DNA of 64,000 nt. It comes from Lama glama (Eukaryota). The DNA is taken from the NCBI GenBank assembly GCA_028534125.1, contig CM052832.1, positions 17,672,001 through 17,736,000 on the forward strand. Direction: 5' to 3'. A program made the translations under genes and the position numbers. The notes below the pieces were generated by a model. The model worked only from the letters and a program-made list of their open reading frames with translations. It did no database searches and had not been told where the DNA came from. The number at the start of each line of letters is the position of its first letter. The first letter of the stretch is position 1. Positions 40,521-54,999 of this stretch are shown piece by piece.

Positions 40521-40967
40521 TAGATACCCCTGTACTTTACTGTTCACTCTTTATATCTATATCTATATCTATATTATATATCTATATATATATATCCAGC
40601 CCTCCCCCACACACTACATATTCTTGAGGATGTAGTGTATATGGGAAATACGTTAATTATCGTTCATAGCTTTTTGAAACCTCTGTGGCACCTAGTAATA
40701 GTACACCTTATATTGTTAACTATTCAAACATAATTATAATTGAATATAAATTCTTTTCGCGTCTTTACAACTGTTCCACGCTTTCCTATCTTAATAAACT
40801 AGTCTCTTACAAAACCTGCTTTGTAGTTTAGCTTCAGTGGTAGACCCTAGTTTTAATACCACAAATTTCGAAAAACAAATCTAAGTTTAAGTCTATGTTC
40901 ATTCCTTATATACCATCACAATTTTAACTTTTTAGACTACATAGGATTTTGGGGTAGAGGTTGTGGA

Positions 40968-41530
40968 TATTGACCTTAAACAAACCAGCCAATTGTTTTA
41001 ACAGCAAAATGGGTTTATGGAGGGGATGGGGGTAAAGCAGAGAACTGCAATTTGGATTAGGCAAGCTATGGTGAATCACAGGCAAGTGCGAAAAGACAAA
41101 GGAAAGGTCAGCTTTTACTAGGTTTTAAGGGGAGATTGGAGAGGGTTGTCTTGAATTAAAAGTTCATTGGAGAAGAACAAGAGCTAGAGGTTGTGGCGGT
41201 TTATTATTAGCTGCAAGCTGTGGTCAGTGCTTTGTTGCTAGAGCAGGGAGGGATCTTCCTTTTCTTAAAAGCAGGTGATGAGATTCCAAAATATGAAAAA
41301 TGTCCTCCCTTGTACCAGAAGAAAAGTAACATCCTTATCATCGTGGATAAGAAGTTGAGACAGAGAATTTTACACAAAGAGTTCTATATAAGCTGACCTT
41401 GTTGAAATAACTTTTATCTTCCTGATTCCTGCCGGTTTTGCAGGCTGCAACAGTGGAAAGTACCTGAGAGCTCTCCTGCAGGGCTTCCTGATTCCATTTT
41501 AAACGAGCTTTTCCTTGATTTATTTTCACA
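40968..41530 (-). mobile_element. Solo ERV1-type LTR (MER4/MER34/LTR39-like)
   Basis: Minus strand begins TGTGAAAATAAATC; cagagaactgcaatttgg motif; near-TSD tgga/tgaa. Confidence 0.65.
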
Positions 41531-41979
41531 TGAAACATGTCTTTTTTTTTTTTTTGGTCCCCCCATCTTTATTCCTTTAACATCTTTTCTAACTACTTAT
41601 TTATTATGGGTTTTCAGGTTTAATTTTCCTTCTTTATCTGTTCCTGCTGATAGCCACCACCAATATTTCTATCCAGTGCCCAGTTTTAACCTAAAAATAT
41701 TTTGTCTACTCCTGGGACTAAATCTTGGTAGTTTTGATTGTTTTTAAGAGTTTTGTCATTTAATTATCACAATGAAACAAATAACAATAAATATTGAGAA
41801 GTTACAGTGCCTCAACTCTTTGAAAACAACTTATTTTTGCTATTTCATAGTTCTTGCCTCCTGGCTGGGATGATAACTGGGAATAACTGGCAAGAGACTA
41901 GAACTATGCTCTCACTTTTTTAGATTAAAAATAATTTTAAAAAACCAAAGTTGTACACATAGGTAGTTTAGAAGTAGTG

Positions 41980-42430
41980 TCATGACCTAAGCAAAGATTT
42001 CTCAAAAGGCACTAATAATAACCGATAAAATTGCTAAATTTGATTTCATCAAATTTTTAATCTACTCAACAAAAAGCACCACTTAGAAAGTGAAAAGAAA
42101 AGCTACAGACTGGAAAATATTTTCAATACGTATTTCTGACAACTGGTATCCAGAAAATATAGAGAACTCTCACAACTCAATCATAAGAAGACAAACACAA
42201 ATAGGCAAGCTATGGACACAGACGTTACCAAAGAAGATATAGGAATTGTCAACAAGTACACAAAAAAGTACTCAATATCTTTAGTCATCAATGAAACATA
42301 AAATCACTACACATACATTAAAATCTAAAATTAAAATGACTGAAATACCAAGTGCTAATGAGGAGATGAAGCAACTGGAACTCATATACTGCTAGTGGGA
42401 ATGTAAAATGGTACTGTTTGAAAAACTGGC
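41980..42430 (+). mobile_element. Old L1 ORF2-end fragment
   Basis: aagctacagactggaaaatattt...tctgacaactggtatccagaa...gctagtgggaatgtaaaatggtac. Confidence 0.8.
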
Positions 42431-42431
42431 A

Positions 42432-42810
42432 TTTTTTTTTCTTTTCCATTATAGTTTATCACAAGATATTGAATATAGTTCTCTGTGCTATACAGGGAAG
42501 ACTTGTTGTTTATCTATTTTATATATAGTAGTTTGTATCTGCTAATCCCAAACTCCTAATTTATCCCTTCCCCCACCTTTCCCCTTTGATGACCATAAGT
42601 TTGTTTTCTATGTCTGTGAGTCTGTTTCTAGTTTGTAAATAAGTTCAGTTATATCTATTTTAGATTCCACATATAAATGATATATGATATTTGTCTTTCT
42701 CTGTCTGACTTACTTCACTTAATATAATTTCTAGGTCCATCCATGTTGCTGCAAATGGCAGTATTTCATTCTTTTTTATGGCTGAGTAGTATTCCATTAT
42801 ATACATATTT
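42432..42810 (-). mobile_element. Younger L1 3' end
   Basis: gatattgaatatagttctctgtgctataca...ctaggtccatccatgttgctgcaaatggca. Confidence 0.9.
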
Positions 42811-43099
42811 TATATAATATATAATAATGGTTAATTAGTCCTATTTGTCTGACATGGATGGATGATAGCAAATACAGGGGAAGGGAGGGAAACGTGTAAA
42901 AACCAAGTTTTCTACATGCACCCTCTCAGTCGTCACAAGCATCCTATGAAACAAGCACTAAATTATTCTGATTTACAGAAATGAGTAAAACGAGGCTTAG
43001 AGAGGTTAAAAAAATTGCGCTCAGTCCTAACAGGAAAGTGGTGGAGCGGGAATTTGAAGGATTTAAAGGATTCTAGCGCCGGTACTCTTCACCTATTTC

Positions 43100-43900
43100 A
43101 TCCTGGCCCTCATTTCCTCTAAGGATGCGAGAAGTTTTGATGGAGGCCGGTTTTCCTCTCTCTTGGTCCTCAAGGTCCTGTCAGACCGCGGTGAGCAGGG
43201 CATCAGCAGGTACAGCCCGCAACTCAAGAGCCCTGAGTGGAGGAAGCTCCTCGCTGCCCCTCCCCAGTGTGACCCAAAGATGCGAACCTCCCAGGCAGCC
43301 CCTGCCCCAGAAGAGAGGGGTCTCTGCCTCCTGGGCCGAACAGGTGCAGAAGAATCCTTTCCCCGAACGCGGTGGACTGGGTCTTTCCTGCACCCGGAGG
43401 CCCCTAAGGCTTCGGCCCACACCCGGCCTGCGCTCGTGGGGACCGCGCTCTAGGAAGCCGTAGGCCGCGAAACAGGCCTGTCTCCAAAGTCACTTTCGGG
43501 CCTCTCGAGGAATCCTGGAGGTTTCCACAAGTCCGCGGGTGGTCGACTTTGCGAGAACGCCCCCGCCGCCGTCACCTGCATCCAAACCCGCTGCCGGACA
43601 GTGCGCTCCCGGATCCCCCCAAAAGCGGGGCTCCTTTCTCCCAGTTGGGGCACCGGGCTTCTTTACAGCCGGGAACCCAAGTGCTTCTGGACCTGGGAGA
43701 GACCGGCCCCCTTTTTCAGTGCTCCCGCGATTCCGAGCCACTTCCGGTAGTTAACTGTTCCAGAGTGTCAGTGCTAGGAGCGGGGCTGGTGGCCGGGTTA
43801 ACGGCCCTGGGAGCTGGGAACAGCCGGGAGACGGGGGCTGGCGGGTGAGTACGCGAGTGAGGGCGAGGAGGGTGCTGTTCTCCGCCAGAGGGCAGGTGGG
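43100..43900. promoter_or_regulatory. Orphan CpG island; candidate promoter of a plus-strand lncRNA (ZSCAN16-AS1-like position)
   Basis: Strong CpG enrichment; CACTTCCGG at 43739-43747; plus-strand donor CGG|GTGAGT at 43844/43845; copy of the ZKSCAN8 promoter element at 43491-43521. Confidence 0.7.
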
Positions 43901-44739
43901 ACCGTTGGGGCTGGGATTGGGGTTAGGAATTTAGGGAGCAATTCAGAATTAGGGTAATTGTTAACACTGCGGGTATCATTTTAAAACTTACACAACAGCA
44001 ACAAGGCAACGAATTCAGGAAGATCAGATATCAGTTAACTGATTTAAACAGCTTTGAGGGGAAGAATGCTGAATATGACGCTAAAAGACCTAACAGTGCT
44101 GTTAGTGGCGGCTAATACTAACAGCACTTACTATGTGCCAGGCACTGTTCTCAACCCATTACATTTAGTCACTTATGTATTTCCCACGTTTTTAGGTAGA
44201 TGCCCTTATACCATTGTTTTACAGATGGGGAACCCGAGGCACAGAGAGAATAAGTGAATTAGCCAAGGTCATGTAATTAGTAACTAGCAGAGCAACTCTT
44301 GGCATTCTGCTCTTAACCTCTACTGCCTTTCATTGATAACCTGATTTTATCAATTTAGGAAATGAGCTGTCCAGAAGGAAGTAGTTTGTACAGACATGTT
44401 ATAGTATGAATGTATTCTATTACTATAGAATAGTAGTTCCAAATCTCATCAGGTTTGTTGACAATTTCCCTTTAGACAGAGGACTTAACAAAGGGTGCCT
44501 CTACAGAGTTTTAAGGAGAAAATAATACAATTTTTCATTTAACAAATTAATTAGGCCCAAACATGATTTCAAAGTCCCTTCTGTTCCATTTCTCTCTAGA
44601 TTCTTTTCTGTTCTTATTAGGTTAAATCATTTGTAATTGCTGATATTGACTGTCTCTGACCTACAAAAAAGATAATTTCATACATTTAACCTAATAGTTA
44701 AACAAATACCTTTTTGTGTGAGAACCTAGGAGTCTATAA

Positions 44740-45405
44740 CAATCTTTTAGCAGACTGTTCTGGCTTTATCGCCAAAACATACCTTGAACCTGCTTCTCTT
44801 CACGTCCTCTTTGGACCTATGTGTGTGCCACCACCTCCTCTCATCTGAAGTACTGCAGCAGCCTCTTGGCTCGTCTTGCGTCTGCTCTTTTCTCACTCTT
44901 GCTTCCCTAAGGGGCCAGAATGATCTTTTAAAAACAAAAATCAGATCATGGCCTTCCCTTCCAATGGTGCCCCATCATGTTTAGAATACATATCCTGGAC
45001 CTCTCTAATGTTTATACTACATTCCCCTTAATCCAGTGCTTTAGACCCAATGACCTTCTTTCATTTCCTGTAAACACATCAGTTTCATTCCTCTTGTAGA
45101 AACTGCATTAGCTATTCCATTTGCCTGGCATGGTCTTCTGCAGAACTTCCCAAGGCTGGACATTTATATCTGTTAGGATGTTAGCTCTCCAGAAAAGCCT
45201 TTTCTGACTACTTGTAGTAGTCATTCAGTTTCCTTTCAATTCGTGTTTATAGTCTATATACCACTATATATTTGTCTCCCCTTTCTGTAACACAGGCTTA
45301 TAAAAGAGAGATCTTATTTATCTTGTTATATCATGCTATATCCCCAGTACCTAGAATAGGGGCACACAGCATACACTCAGTAAATACTTGTTGAATTAAT
45401 GAATA
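44740..45405 (+). mobile_element. L2 LINE 3' region
   Basis: ccagaatgatctttaaaaac..aatcagatcatg...ccccagtacctagaatag...ctcagtaaatacttgttgaattaatgaat. Confidence 0.8.
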
Positions 45406-45516
45406 AGAAGAAATAGGTAAGAAAAGTCCTTGGCACTACAGAACATAGCTGCACAGAACTGAGGTGGTTTGGAACATAGTGAATGGGACCTACCCTGAAG
45501 GTGAGGAGATCTTGAT

Positions 45517-46010
45517 CAGTGCTGTCCAGTAAACAGGGATATAATGTGATCCACCTATGTAATATTAAGTTTTCTAGTAGCCACATTAAAAAATGTTAAA
45601 AGCCAGGTGAAATTAATTTTAATATATTTTAAGCCAGTATATCCAAAATATTACTTTAAAATCTAATCAATATAAAACTTAGTAAAATATTTTACATTCC
45701 TTTTTTCATACTACCTCTTTGAAAGCAGGTGTTTATACTTATTGCACATTTCAATTCAGTTATTAAATTTTCATTGGAAATACTTAATCTATATTGAGAT
45801 TACATAAAATTTTAAATGGAAAAAATAGATTTACATACTCAATTACTCCAAACATACTCAAAGATTTTCCAATAACTGAACTGAGTATCAGTTTTTAAAT
45901 TTAAATTAATGAAAATGAAACAAAAAAATTTAGTTCCTCAGCTGCATAGCCACATTTCAAGTGCTTGAAAGCGACATGTACCTAGTGGCTAACGTATTGG
46001 ATGGAGCAGA
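45517..46010. mobile_element. MER33/MER3-family hAT relic
   Basis: cagtgctgtccagtaa...ttttctagtagccacatt...tagccacatttcaagtgct...ctagtggct..tattgga. Confidence 0.75.
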
Positions 46011-46339
46011 TCTAGATCAAGAATAGTGTTTGTGGTTGGGTCAAGGGGCAAAGAAGAGTTATAGCACCAGAAGTATGGTATGGAAGGAAGAGGAAGGCCT
46101 AAAATGCAATGTAAGCTCTTTATTTGACAGATTCTTCCGGTTCTGAAGAGTTAAATTACGGCTTCCTTAAGTAGGCTACTTCTTTAGCATGATTACTGCA
46201 TAGATTTTAGGTACTCTGGGAATCATTTTGTGGGGTAGTAAAAGGGTCTAGCAGTGCTGGTCATATAACATTCCCGAGTAAGAATCTTCTTATATATGAT
46301 ATGGAACAGTCATGAAAACCAGATTATGTTCCTATAGAA

Positions 46340-46560
46340 CAGTGGTTCTTAACTTGGGGAGGGGGGAGTGTAGATTTTGCCTCTCGGAGCATTTACACCT
46401 CTTGAGAAATTTGTGCTTGTCATAAGTTAGGGTGCTGGTTGCATCTACTGGGTAGAGGCCAGGGATACTGCTAAACATCCCACAATGCAGAGGACAGCCC
46501 CCTACAACAATGAATTGTCTTGCTCAAAATGTCAATAAAACCAAGGTTGAGACACCTTGC
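46340..46560 (-). mobile_element. MER20 relic
   Basis: cagtggttcttaac...gggtagaggccagggatactgctaaacatcccacaatgcagaggacagccccc. Confidence 0.85.
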
Positions 46561-49500
46561 TCTAGAGGATTTTAGTAAGAAAGACTGAGAGAACTGTTCT
46601 TTCAGAACTTAGTCTAACTGCCTTGTGATATTACTAAGGGGAGAACAGGTTGTTCTGAAGCATTTCAGTTTCTAGTGTTTTCACTGTTGATGGACTTTTT
46701 GATGAAACCATAACGAATCAATTTCATGCTCAGGATGAGATTGTAGACCCATTCAATAAAGATAACAAATAGCATGTGCTGTGCACACAAAACTCCATGA
46801 CCTCAGGATAGGCTGATCCATTCACTTTTGTATGGCTTGTGTCCTGTGACCCAGTCTCAAATATAACTGATGTTAACATTAGAATTACTTGTCACTCTTT
46901 TCTCTTTCCCTATCACCATCTCTTATTTTATCTTTGTTCCCTTCCCTGTACCCTTGTTCCTTTTATTATTCTTTTTGTTACATCTTTCTCCTCTCGTTTA
47001 CCCCTCTTCACCAATGCCCATGCAGACCTACAACGTCCCCTCCTACCCCAACTCTCATCTATTTCCTCCCTTCATAGCTGCTGGGTCCTCACTCAGAATC
47101 ACCAGTTTACCTCCATCCCGTCGGTGTCCTGAAGAGCTGCCCCGGTACTCCCTTTTGGTGCCGCTTAAAATCATTATGTTTTATTAGCTCATAAAAACTA
47201 CAAGTTCTTGTCTCCTTCAAAAAAAAAAAAAAGACAGAAAAGAAAACTCCCTTCAAAAAAGATGGGAGGTGCTACACGTGTTTCTGACACAGCTATTTGA
47301 GAAACTGCCATGTTCAGGGTTCTTTAGAGCAGGTGCCATCATTCCAGGACAGCGCTCTGCTAGAACCAAGCGGTTCTGAGTGTCTAACATATTTCTCTCC
47401 AGTAACTGTGGCTGTGATTGAACTCAAAGCTCTTCTTTCCAAATGGTTGCATCCTCACCATATTTTTTCCCCTGTGTTTCTACAGACTCACTAGGACACT
47501 GCCTAATCCTTCATAGTACTAACAACTACTTAGATCTCCTTTAACCTCAAGCCTCCTTTGTCTTACGCCAGCAGTTATCCTAGGTCCCAATGGACTTTCT
47601 TCTCTTGCCACAATCACCCAGGCTGTCTCTGGCCTCAAATCTTTCTGTACTTCTCTCTTATCATTGCCTCTCTGTTTAGGATCGGATGGCAGACACTGGT
47701 GGCAATTTGGAATCAACACCAGACTAAAAAGGGTAGTGTGGTCTCAGTGCTCCAAACTACTCTTCACTCAGATTTTGAGGGTGTACAACTCTAAGCCTAG
47801 AACAATTCTTTGTACATAACAAGTATTCAAAACTACTTTCTACAATAAAAATATATTAAAAAAAAGAAATTGCAATAAAAAAATTTTAAAACTACTATCT
47901 AAATAGAATGTTCTAGCATACAGAGTATGTTAGAGGAAAATGTCTGTCATCGTCTTTACCAAATTTAGGAAAATTAATCCTGAGGTAGCCAAGATTATCT
48001 TTCTTACCATTGCAAAAGACTTTCTAAGTTCAAAGATAAGATCAGAAACATGAATATCTCCTTTAAAGACTGTGAACACCTTCTATGCATGACAGTGTTT
48101 TTCAGCAAGACTAAAGGTAAAGGGGGAAAAAGCCATCATTCAGTACCTAACTTTTTCATATAAGGATGTCTGTAATACTAAATATTTAAGAGTTTACTTT
48201 TCTCTTTATGACCAGTAAAAAAGAAAATCCTGTTTCAAATGCTTTTAAATATTGCTCAAATAAATTAAAAACAAGTATTAGTGTGAAACTTGATGTTTTA
48301 AAAAATCTGTATCAGTCAGTGTATACATACAAAGTAAACTTTACATTTTTTTTTAAAAGGAGTGTTATTTTCAAAAAGCATAAAAGCTCAGTTTATCTTT
48401 ATGGTGTTAAGAGGAATGATTTAAGATTCATCTTCCAACAGTAGTAGATACAAAATGATTCTGGTGGTTTTCCTACTCTCAAACACAATGCAAAAGCAAG
48501 TAAGTGTAATCAATGTCTTCAGTGAGAGATGAGATCACTTCCTGATCATTCTGGTGACGGTTATTCCTAGAATCAGTGGTTTGTGGCAGTTTGACTGTAC
48601 TGTAAATTTGAATGTGTTGGCCTTTGGCCACAATTCCTGTCATGCAATAAAATTCTCAAACTAGGGATTTTAAAACTGTTGCAAATACGTACATGAAATG
48701 CTAATACATTCCAAAGCCAAAAAGAAAAAAGTTTGTTCACCTTATTAAAAATCTGAATGTCTTAAAGTATTGGTGTCCTGAGAGTCCCAGCTTCTCATTA
48801 GTATAGGGTAACTGACAAGGGATGCTACTGTGGTAATTACAGTCTTTTTAAAGATGAGGTAGTTATTTAAGCTTTCAATTTAGATTATTAGGCCATTGTA
48901 TTTACTTAATAATCATGTTCCTCCTATTACAACATACTCTCTTTTTAAGGCTGAAAAAGTGTCACAAAGTTATTATTACTAAATTATTTCCTTTTAGGAT
49001 GTTTGTATTTTATCTCCTGTTGCCATTGCAGCCTCAAGTTATCTCTTATGCTACCTTCCTGAACTCAGAATCACATAATATCACAGCTGGAAGGTACCTT
49101 ACCAGGAACTAATGTGACCAGCAATGTCCTTTAGAACTTTCTGCAGTGATAAAAATGGTCTCCATCTGTGCTGTCCATCACAGTAGCTGTTAGCCACACG
49201 TGGCTATTGAGTAGTTGAAACGTGGTGAATGTCACTGAGGAACTGAATTTTCCATTTCACTTGAGTTAATTTAGGCCATTATATTTAGGCCATTATTATA
49301 TCAGTAATGATGGAGGGGAAATACATTGTTTTTGCTCTTAATTTCAAAAGCAGTTTTCACCTGTTTTAACTTAACACAACATACCTGGTGGGCCAGAAGG
49401 GGAAAATGAAGGCAGAAATCTTAATATTGTGCCTACAGTCATACACTGAATGTTCAAGTAAAGCGGAACCAGAGCCAAGAGGTAGAATTCACGTCTTTCA

Positions 49501-49768
49501 AACGGGAAACATGGTTATCTTGGGCTGCAAGTGAGCAATGCTGGCAAGGGACAAGGCTTTCTGAAAGAATTCTTAGTTCTTCCCAAGAAACTGAACTAAT
49601 TTAGAAATAAAAGGAAATTCTACTTAGGTAGATTCTCTGGTGCCAAAGAAATTTTTAGTGATGATTGAAGCTTTGCCTACATTCAGGATACTCAAGGTCT
49701 CCAAGGTAGATTTCTCTGATAACTAGTTAGGCCTGAGTATCTAAAGAACTTTTGTTACTTCCACTGTA

Positions 49769-50368
<600 letters not shown>

Positions 50369-52357
50369 TTATAAATGTGTTATAAAAGTGAAAAGTCACA
50401 TTACAGTACACAAATTAGATATATGGCACCATCAAAACACATATTGACAATATAGGGAAGAAATTAAAGAAAAGACCAGTAGGGAAGATTATTCGGGAAT
50501 AGATTACGAAGAGAGGAAAAAGCAAAAATGTGGATCAAGGGGTTACCTGGCAGTCCTGTGCAAATGCAGAGTGGTAAATGGGGATTTACCACAGACGTGC
50601 CAAAGATAATTAAGAGGGAGAAACAGAGATTAGAAAACAGAAATGGGGAGGGAGTAAAATTTTGGAAGAAACTTGCAGGAGTCTAAATCATAGGTCGTCA
50701 GTGGGAGTAAAACCGAGTAAAGTGACTGGAGAAGGTAATGGGATTAGGGATCTGAGAGTAATGTAGTGAGCCATTAGCTAAAAGCAGAGAGAGAGCATGC
50801 AAGTCAGGATAAATGGAGGAAGATAAGCAGAAAGTGACAGTGGATGGTCTGGTGTATCTAAATCTAAATACCATGTTGTCTCTGGCTAGAAATTACAAGG
50901 ATTGGATTAGAGCCAGAAGGCTCAGACTTCAGTCCCGGCTCTGCTGATAATTGTTTAAATGTTGGCAGATGATAACCATTTTGGTTTCCTTATCACCTCA
51001 GTGCCCTCCTCCTTACCTATTGTTTGATCAGATGAGGGGATGTACGACAAAGCATTTGCGTAAGTATAAAGTGTGGCAGAAGTACTGCTAAGCTAGTAGA
51101 TTAATGATCATTAAGCAAATCACAGAAATCAGACACTCCTATAAGAAAAGTATTTTCAAACATCAACATATTGATTCACAGCTTCTTTTGGTTTCCTGTG
51201 CCTTACTGATGAGTATCTTTTTTTAAAAAAAAAAGGACACGGAGAGTTGGCACTTGTGGTTGGTTCACCATCCTCAGGGATGAACCATTACCAGTCCTTA
51301 GGATGAGTCTGTCTCCCATAACTGTAGAAGATACCTGGAGAACAGTCTCTCACCAGGACTTCAAAAGACTTAAAAAATAAAAAGGGTCAGTTTTCCTTGG
51401 TCAGCAATTGAAATTAATAACCCTTAGACTTGCAATTGAACAATGTAAAGAATATTATATGGAAACTGCCAAATGTGAGCTTTTCTCATCTCAGGTACCT
51501 GCAGTCTCTTCTTAGCCAATTGGAATTTCAGGGCCTGGCTTATGTATCTCTTCCAAGTGCCAGCTAATCCTAGGCTAATCGGATTCTAGGAGATCTTGTT
51601 TCAGAATTGACAAAATTAGGAATATTTCATTCTAGCATCTTCTGTCAGTGCCAGTCTTCTAGTGTTATTTTGGCACGTCCAGGAGTCCTTATCACTTACA
51701 TTCCAGATAACCCCAGCACTGTTGGTCACGGAGATGAGGATATGTCCATAAAAGCCAGTTGATTACTGTGTATAAGTTACTTGACACTCTGGGGGAAAGG
51801 ACAAGCTTAATGCTGAGTGAAATCAAACTTGAACAGAGTTAAGGAGACTATCACTTAGTGTTAATGGAGAGTCAGTGTTGTGGGTTAATAGCATATCTAC
51901 AGTAGAATTTAGCATTTTGACACGTTAAATTATTATTGTGACCTATTTCAAAAGTGCATGTCCTGTCTTTTCCCAAAGGTGGGGAGATTTTCTTAAATTT
52001 AAATTAAATTTCTTAAACTTCTTATTATATGGCTTCTCACAGAAAAGAGGTGAAGATTCTGCATAGTAAAGCCTGCTAATGCTTATTAAAATGGTCTGCT
52101 TCTTTCAGTTTCTGCCTCCTGAAACTATTCTTGCTAAGACATACTAACTTCTAAATGCTAAATTCAAGGGACTCTTATCAGTCCTTATCTTGTGTCCTGT
52201 TAGTAGCATTGGTTACATCTGGTGGAAACTCCTCCCTTGGCTTTGGTGACACCATCCTCTTCTGCTTCTCTTACCTCTTTGACAGTCCCTGCTCCCTCCT
52301 TTACAGAATCCTTTTCCTCCACCCAAACTTTAAGTGGTGGCATGCCTCAACATGTCA

Positions 52358-52686
52358 TGGCCCTAATCCCCAATGTGACTGTATTTGGAAAAGAGGCCTT
52401 TAAGTAGATTATTAAGGTTAAGTAAAGTCATAAGGATGGGGCCCTAATCCAATAGGATTAGTGTCTTTATAAGAAGTGGAAGAGACAGCAGGACTGCTTG
52501 TGCACAGAGAAAGCCCGTGTGAAGACAGCAAATCTGCAAGCCAAGGAGAGTCCGCACAGAAACCCACCCTGCCAGCACCTTGATCTTGGACTTTCCAGCC
52601 TCCAGAATTGTCAGAAAATAAGTTTCTGCTGCTTAAGCCACCCAGGTTGTGGTATGCTGTTCTGGCAGCCTGAGCAGACTCATACA
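52358..52686 (+). mobile_element. MaLR LTR (MLT1A-like), 5' truncated
   Basis: ccctaatccccaatgtgactgtatttgga...gccagcaccttgatcttggactttccagcctccagaattg...gcagcctgagcagact. Confidence 0.9.
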
Positions 52687-53004
52687 GAATGTCATATATT
52701 CTCCTGTTCAAATTGGAAATTAAAGGGAATTTGGAGCTAGAATCATCAGATAACAGAATTATAAGGTATTATTAACTTAAATGAGTTTTTAAATCCCATT
52801 CCCCACCCCTTGGGCCAAATAGCAGCTTTTAAGTCTAATAAAAAACTGAAATACAATTCTTTCCATGATAGGGAAAGGTAGGGAAATAAAATCTTCCACA
52901 GTGAGGTGAAAGACAAGGAGGAAAACTTAAAAAGGAGAAGTAGAAAGCTCCCCTCTAACCTCAGGAACCAGCTCTTCCCTCACACACACAGACATGCTCC
53001 TTAC

Positions 53005-53143
53005 CATTCCTTTGGGACTCTCCAGATTCCTGCTCCTGCTGCGTCTTCTTGGGATGGACCTGGATAGTCAGTGACTCATGTGGCCTTCTCAAGGGGGCCA
53101 ACTTGTCCAAAAGTGTGTCCTGTTTTTCTGAATTGGCTGGGGC
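53005..53143 (-). CDS. ZSCAN16: ZSCAN16 linker exon
   Basis: ttccag|APANSEKQDTLLDKLAPLRRPHESLTIQVHPKKTQQEQESGESQRN-G|gtaagg; 139 nt, phase 0-1. Confidence 0.95.
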
Positions 53144-54107
53144 CTGGAAACAATGACATATGATTGGGCTTGTAAGGTAGGTTTTGTGAAAGAACTGAAA
53201 ACTTCAGAGAAAGAACAAACGAAGCATCTGTCAGGGACCAGGACCATAGACAAGGGGACAAATTCCCATTCAATTGCAAATGGCAATAATGACTAAAAAT
53301 GAAAAGACAGAGGCTAATCTACAGTTCAGGACACTGGAGAATAAAATTCAGTGTCTCTAACAGTGCTGTGTGGAGGTCCAGAACCATAGAGCCTTGGGGC
53401 TTGAAAGGTATCTTAAAGATCATCTAATGCAACTTTCACCAAATGGGGGCATATCTTCTATAACTGTGAGGTCCAATATGGTATCCATTAGCAAAATGTG
53501 GTTACTGAGCACTTGAAATGTGGCTAGGACAAATTGAGATATGTGAAGTGTAAAATACATACCAAATTTGGAAAACTGAAATAAAAAAAGAATGTAAAAT
53601 GCCTCATGTTTAATATTGATCACATTGGGTTAAATAAAATGTATTTAATTTCACTTGTTTTTATTTTTCACATATTTAATTACATATATTAAATGTATAT
53701 TTAATTACATGTATTAAATGTGAATGGGTCACAGTTAGTACTGCTCTGTAATATTCTTGTCATCTACTTGAAATCCATCTTGAAGAGGGGTATTTTATTA
53801 CAAGGTTGCCTATTTTATGTCTACACCATGAATATAAGAAAATACTTCATTTTTCTCTGATACCTATTTGCCTTGCTACAGATTCTCACCAATCCTAGCC
53901 TTCCAAACAGACATAGAATCAGTCTTGTGTCTCTCTTTACTCAGCTACACTTTAGTTATTTGACACTGGCACTCAGGTCCCTCCCTAAGCCTGTTCTTCT
54001 CTAGAGTAACATATTAAATACCTTCAAGTGGTCTTTCATACGCTTTTTTGCTTTAGCTGGGTCCATATACCCTGATCTCTCACAGCCAAATGACTCCCTC
54101 TTCCCAC

Positions 54108-54494
54108 CTGCTTTCGAGGTTCATCCAGCTCTCTCTCCAGATCCTCCAGCACAGTCACTGCCTCCTCTCCAGTCTCTGGATGGTGCGCCTGCACCCATGC
54201 TTGCAGGTCTCTAGGAAGAATGCTCAGGAACTGTTCAAGCACCAGCAAGTCTAAAATCTGCTCCTTTGTGTGGCATTCTGGCCTCAGCCACTTGCGGCAA
54301 AGTTCCCAGAGCTGGGTGAGGGCTTCACGGGGCCCAGGTGCATCCTGATAGCAGAGCTTCCTAAAGTGCTGCCTGAAGAGTTCCCTTCTGTGAGGACTAT
54401 ACTTCTGTGAGGTGGAGTCCTGTCCCCAGTAATGGTCTTCTGCCTTAAATAGTAAGAGTCCTTTTTGTTCCTCAGGTTCCGGGGAGGTGGCCAT
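54108..54494 (-). CDS. ZSCAN16: ZSCAN16 first coding exon (SCAN domain)
   Basis: [27 protein letters not shown]...[14 protein letters not shown]|gtggga; 387 nt. Confidence 0.96.
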
Positions 54495-54999
54495 TCTGGG
54501 CTGTTTTTCAGGTGATGAATCCTGTATCTGGGACTGATTCAGATGTTTTAGAATCTTGTGTCAGAGAAAACTCTGTTACCATAGAGAAATGACAAAAGCC
54601 GCGGAGATCATCAACACACACTAATAAAGGCAAGCAACCAGAACAGAGTAGAGAAAAGTCTATTAGGAGGCTATAAATGATAACACTAAAGAAGGAACAT
54701 GGATTTGAATCAGCTCCGTTGTGTAATTTTGAGTTTCTATAAAAATTCCCATGTTTCTCATAGGGATGATGTGTAGATTAAATAGGAATGTATGCAAAGT
54801 CCTTGGCCAGGCAGCAATAAACGCGAAGTATTAATAGCTTTGTTAAAAAGCCCTTTCATTTCACAACCTGAGATGTACGGGTCCCTAGGATTCTGCAGTT
54901 GTGAGGTACGTGCTCCAACTCAGGAAGAGGGTTAGGTGGATGCCCTCACAGAACCACTCGCAACCAGTGTTCCCCTTTCCGTTCTTCAAAAAGGTCGGC

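Noticed and set aside
43093..43848. Overlapping 67-112 aa ORFs in CpG islands (also 18571-19047, 39756-40635, 54885-55370)
   Set aside because: Stop-codon scarcity in GC-rich DNA; low-complexity R/P/G/A peptides with no recognisable domain.
51697..51790. Possible cassette exon or KRAB relic in ZSCAN16 last intron (cccag|...|gtaagt on minus)
   Set aside because: Splice-like ends exist but I found no KRAB similarity; unsupported without RNA data.
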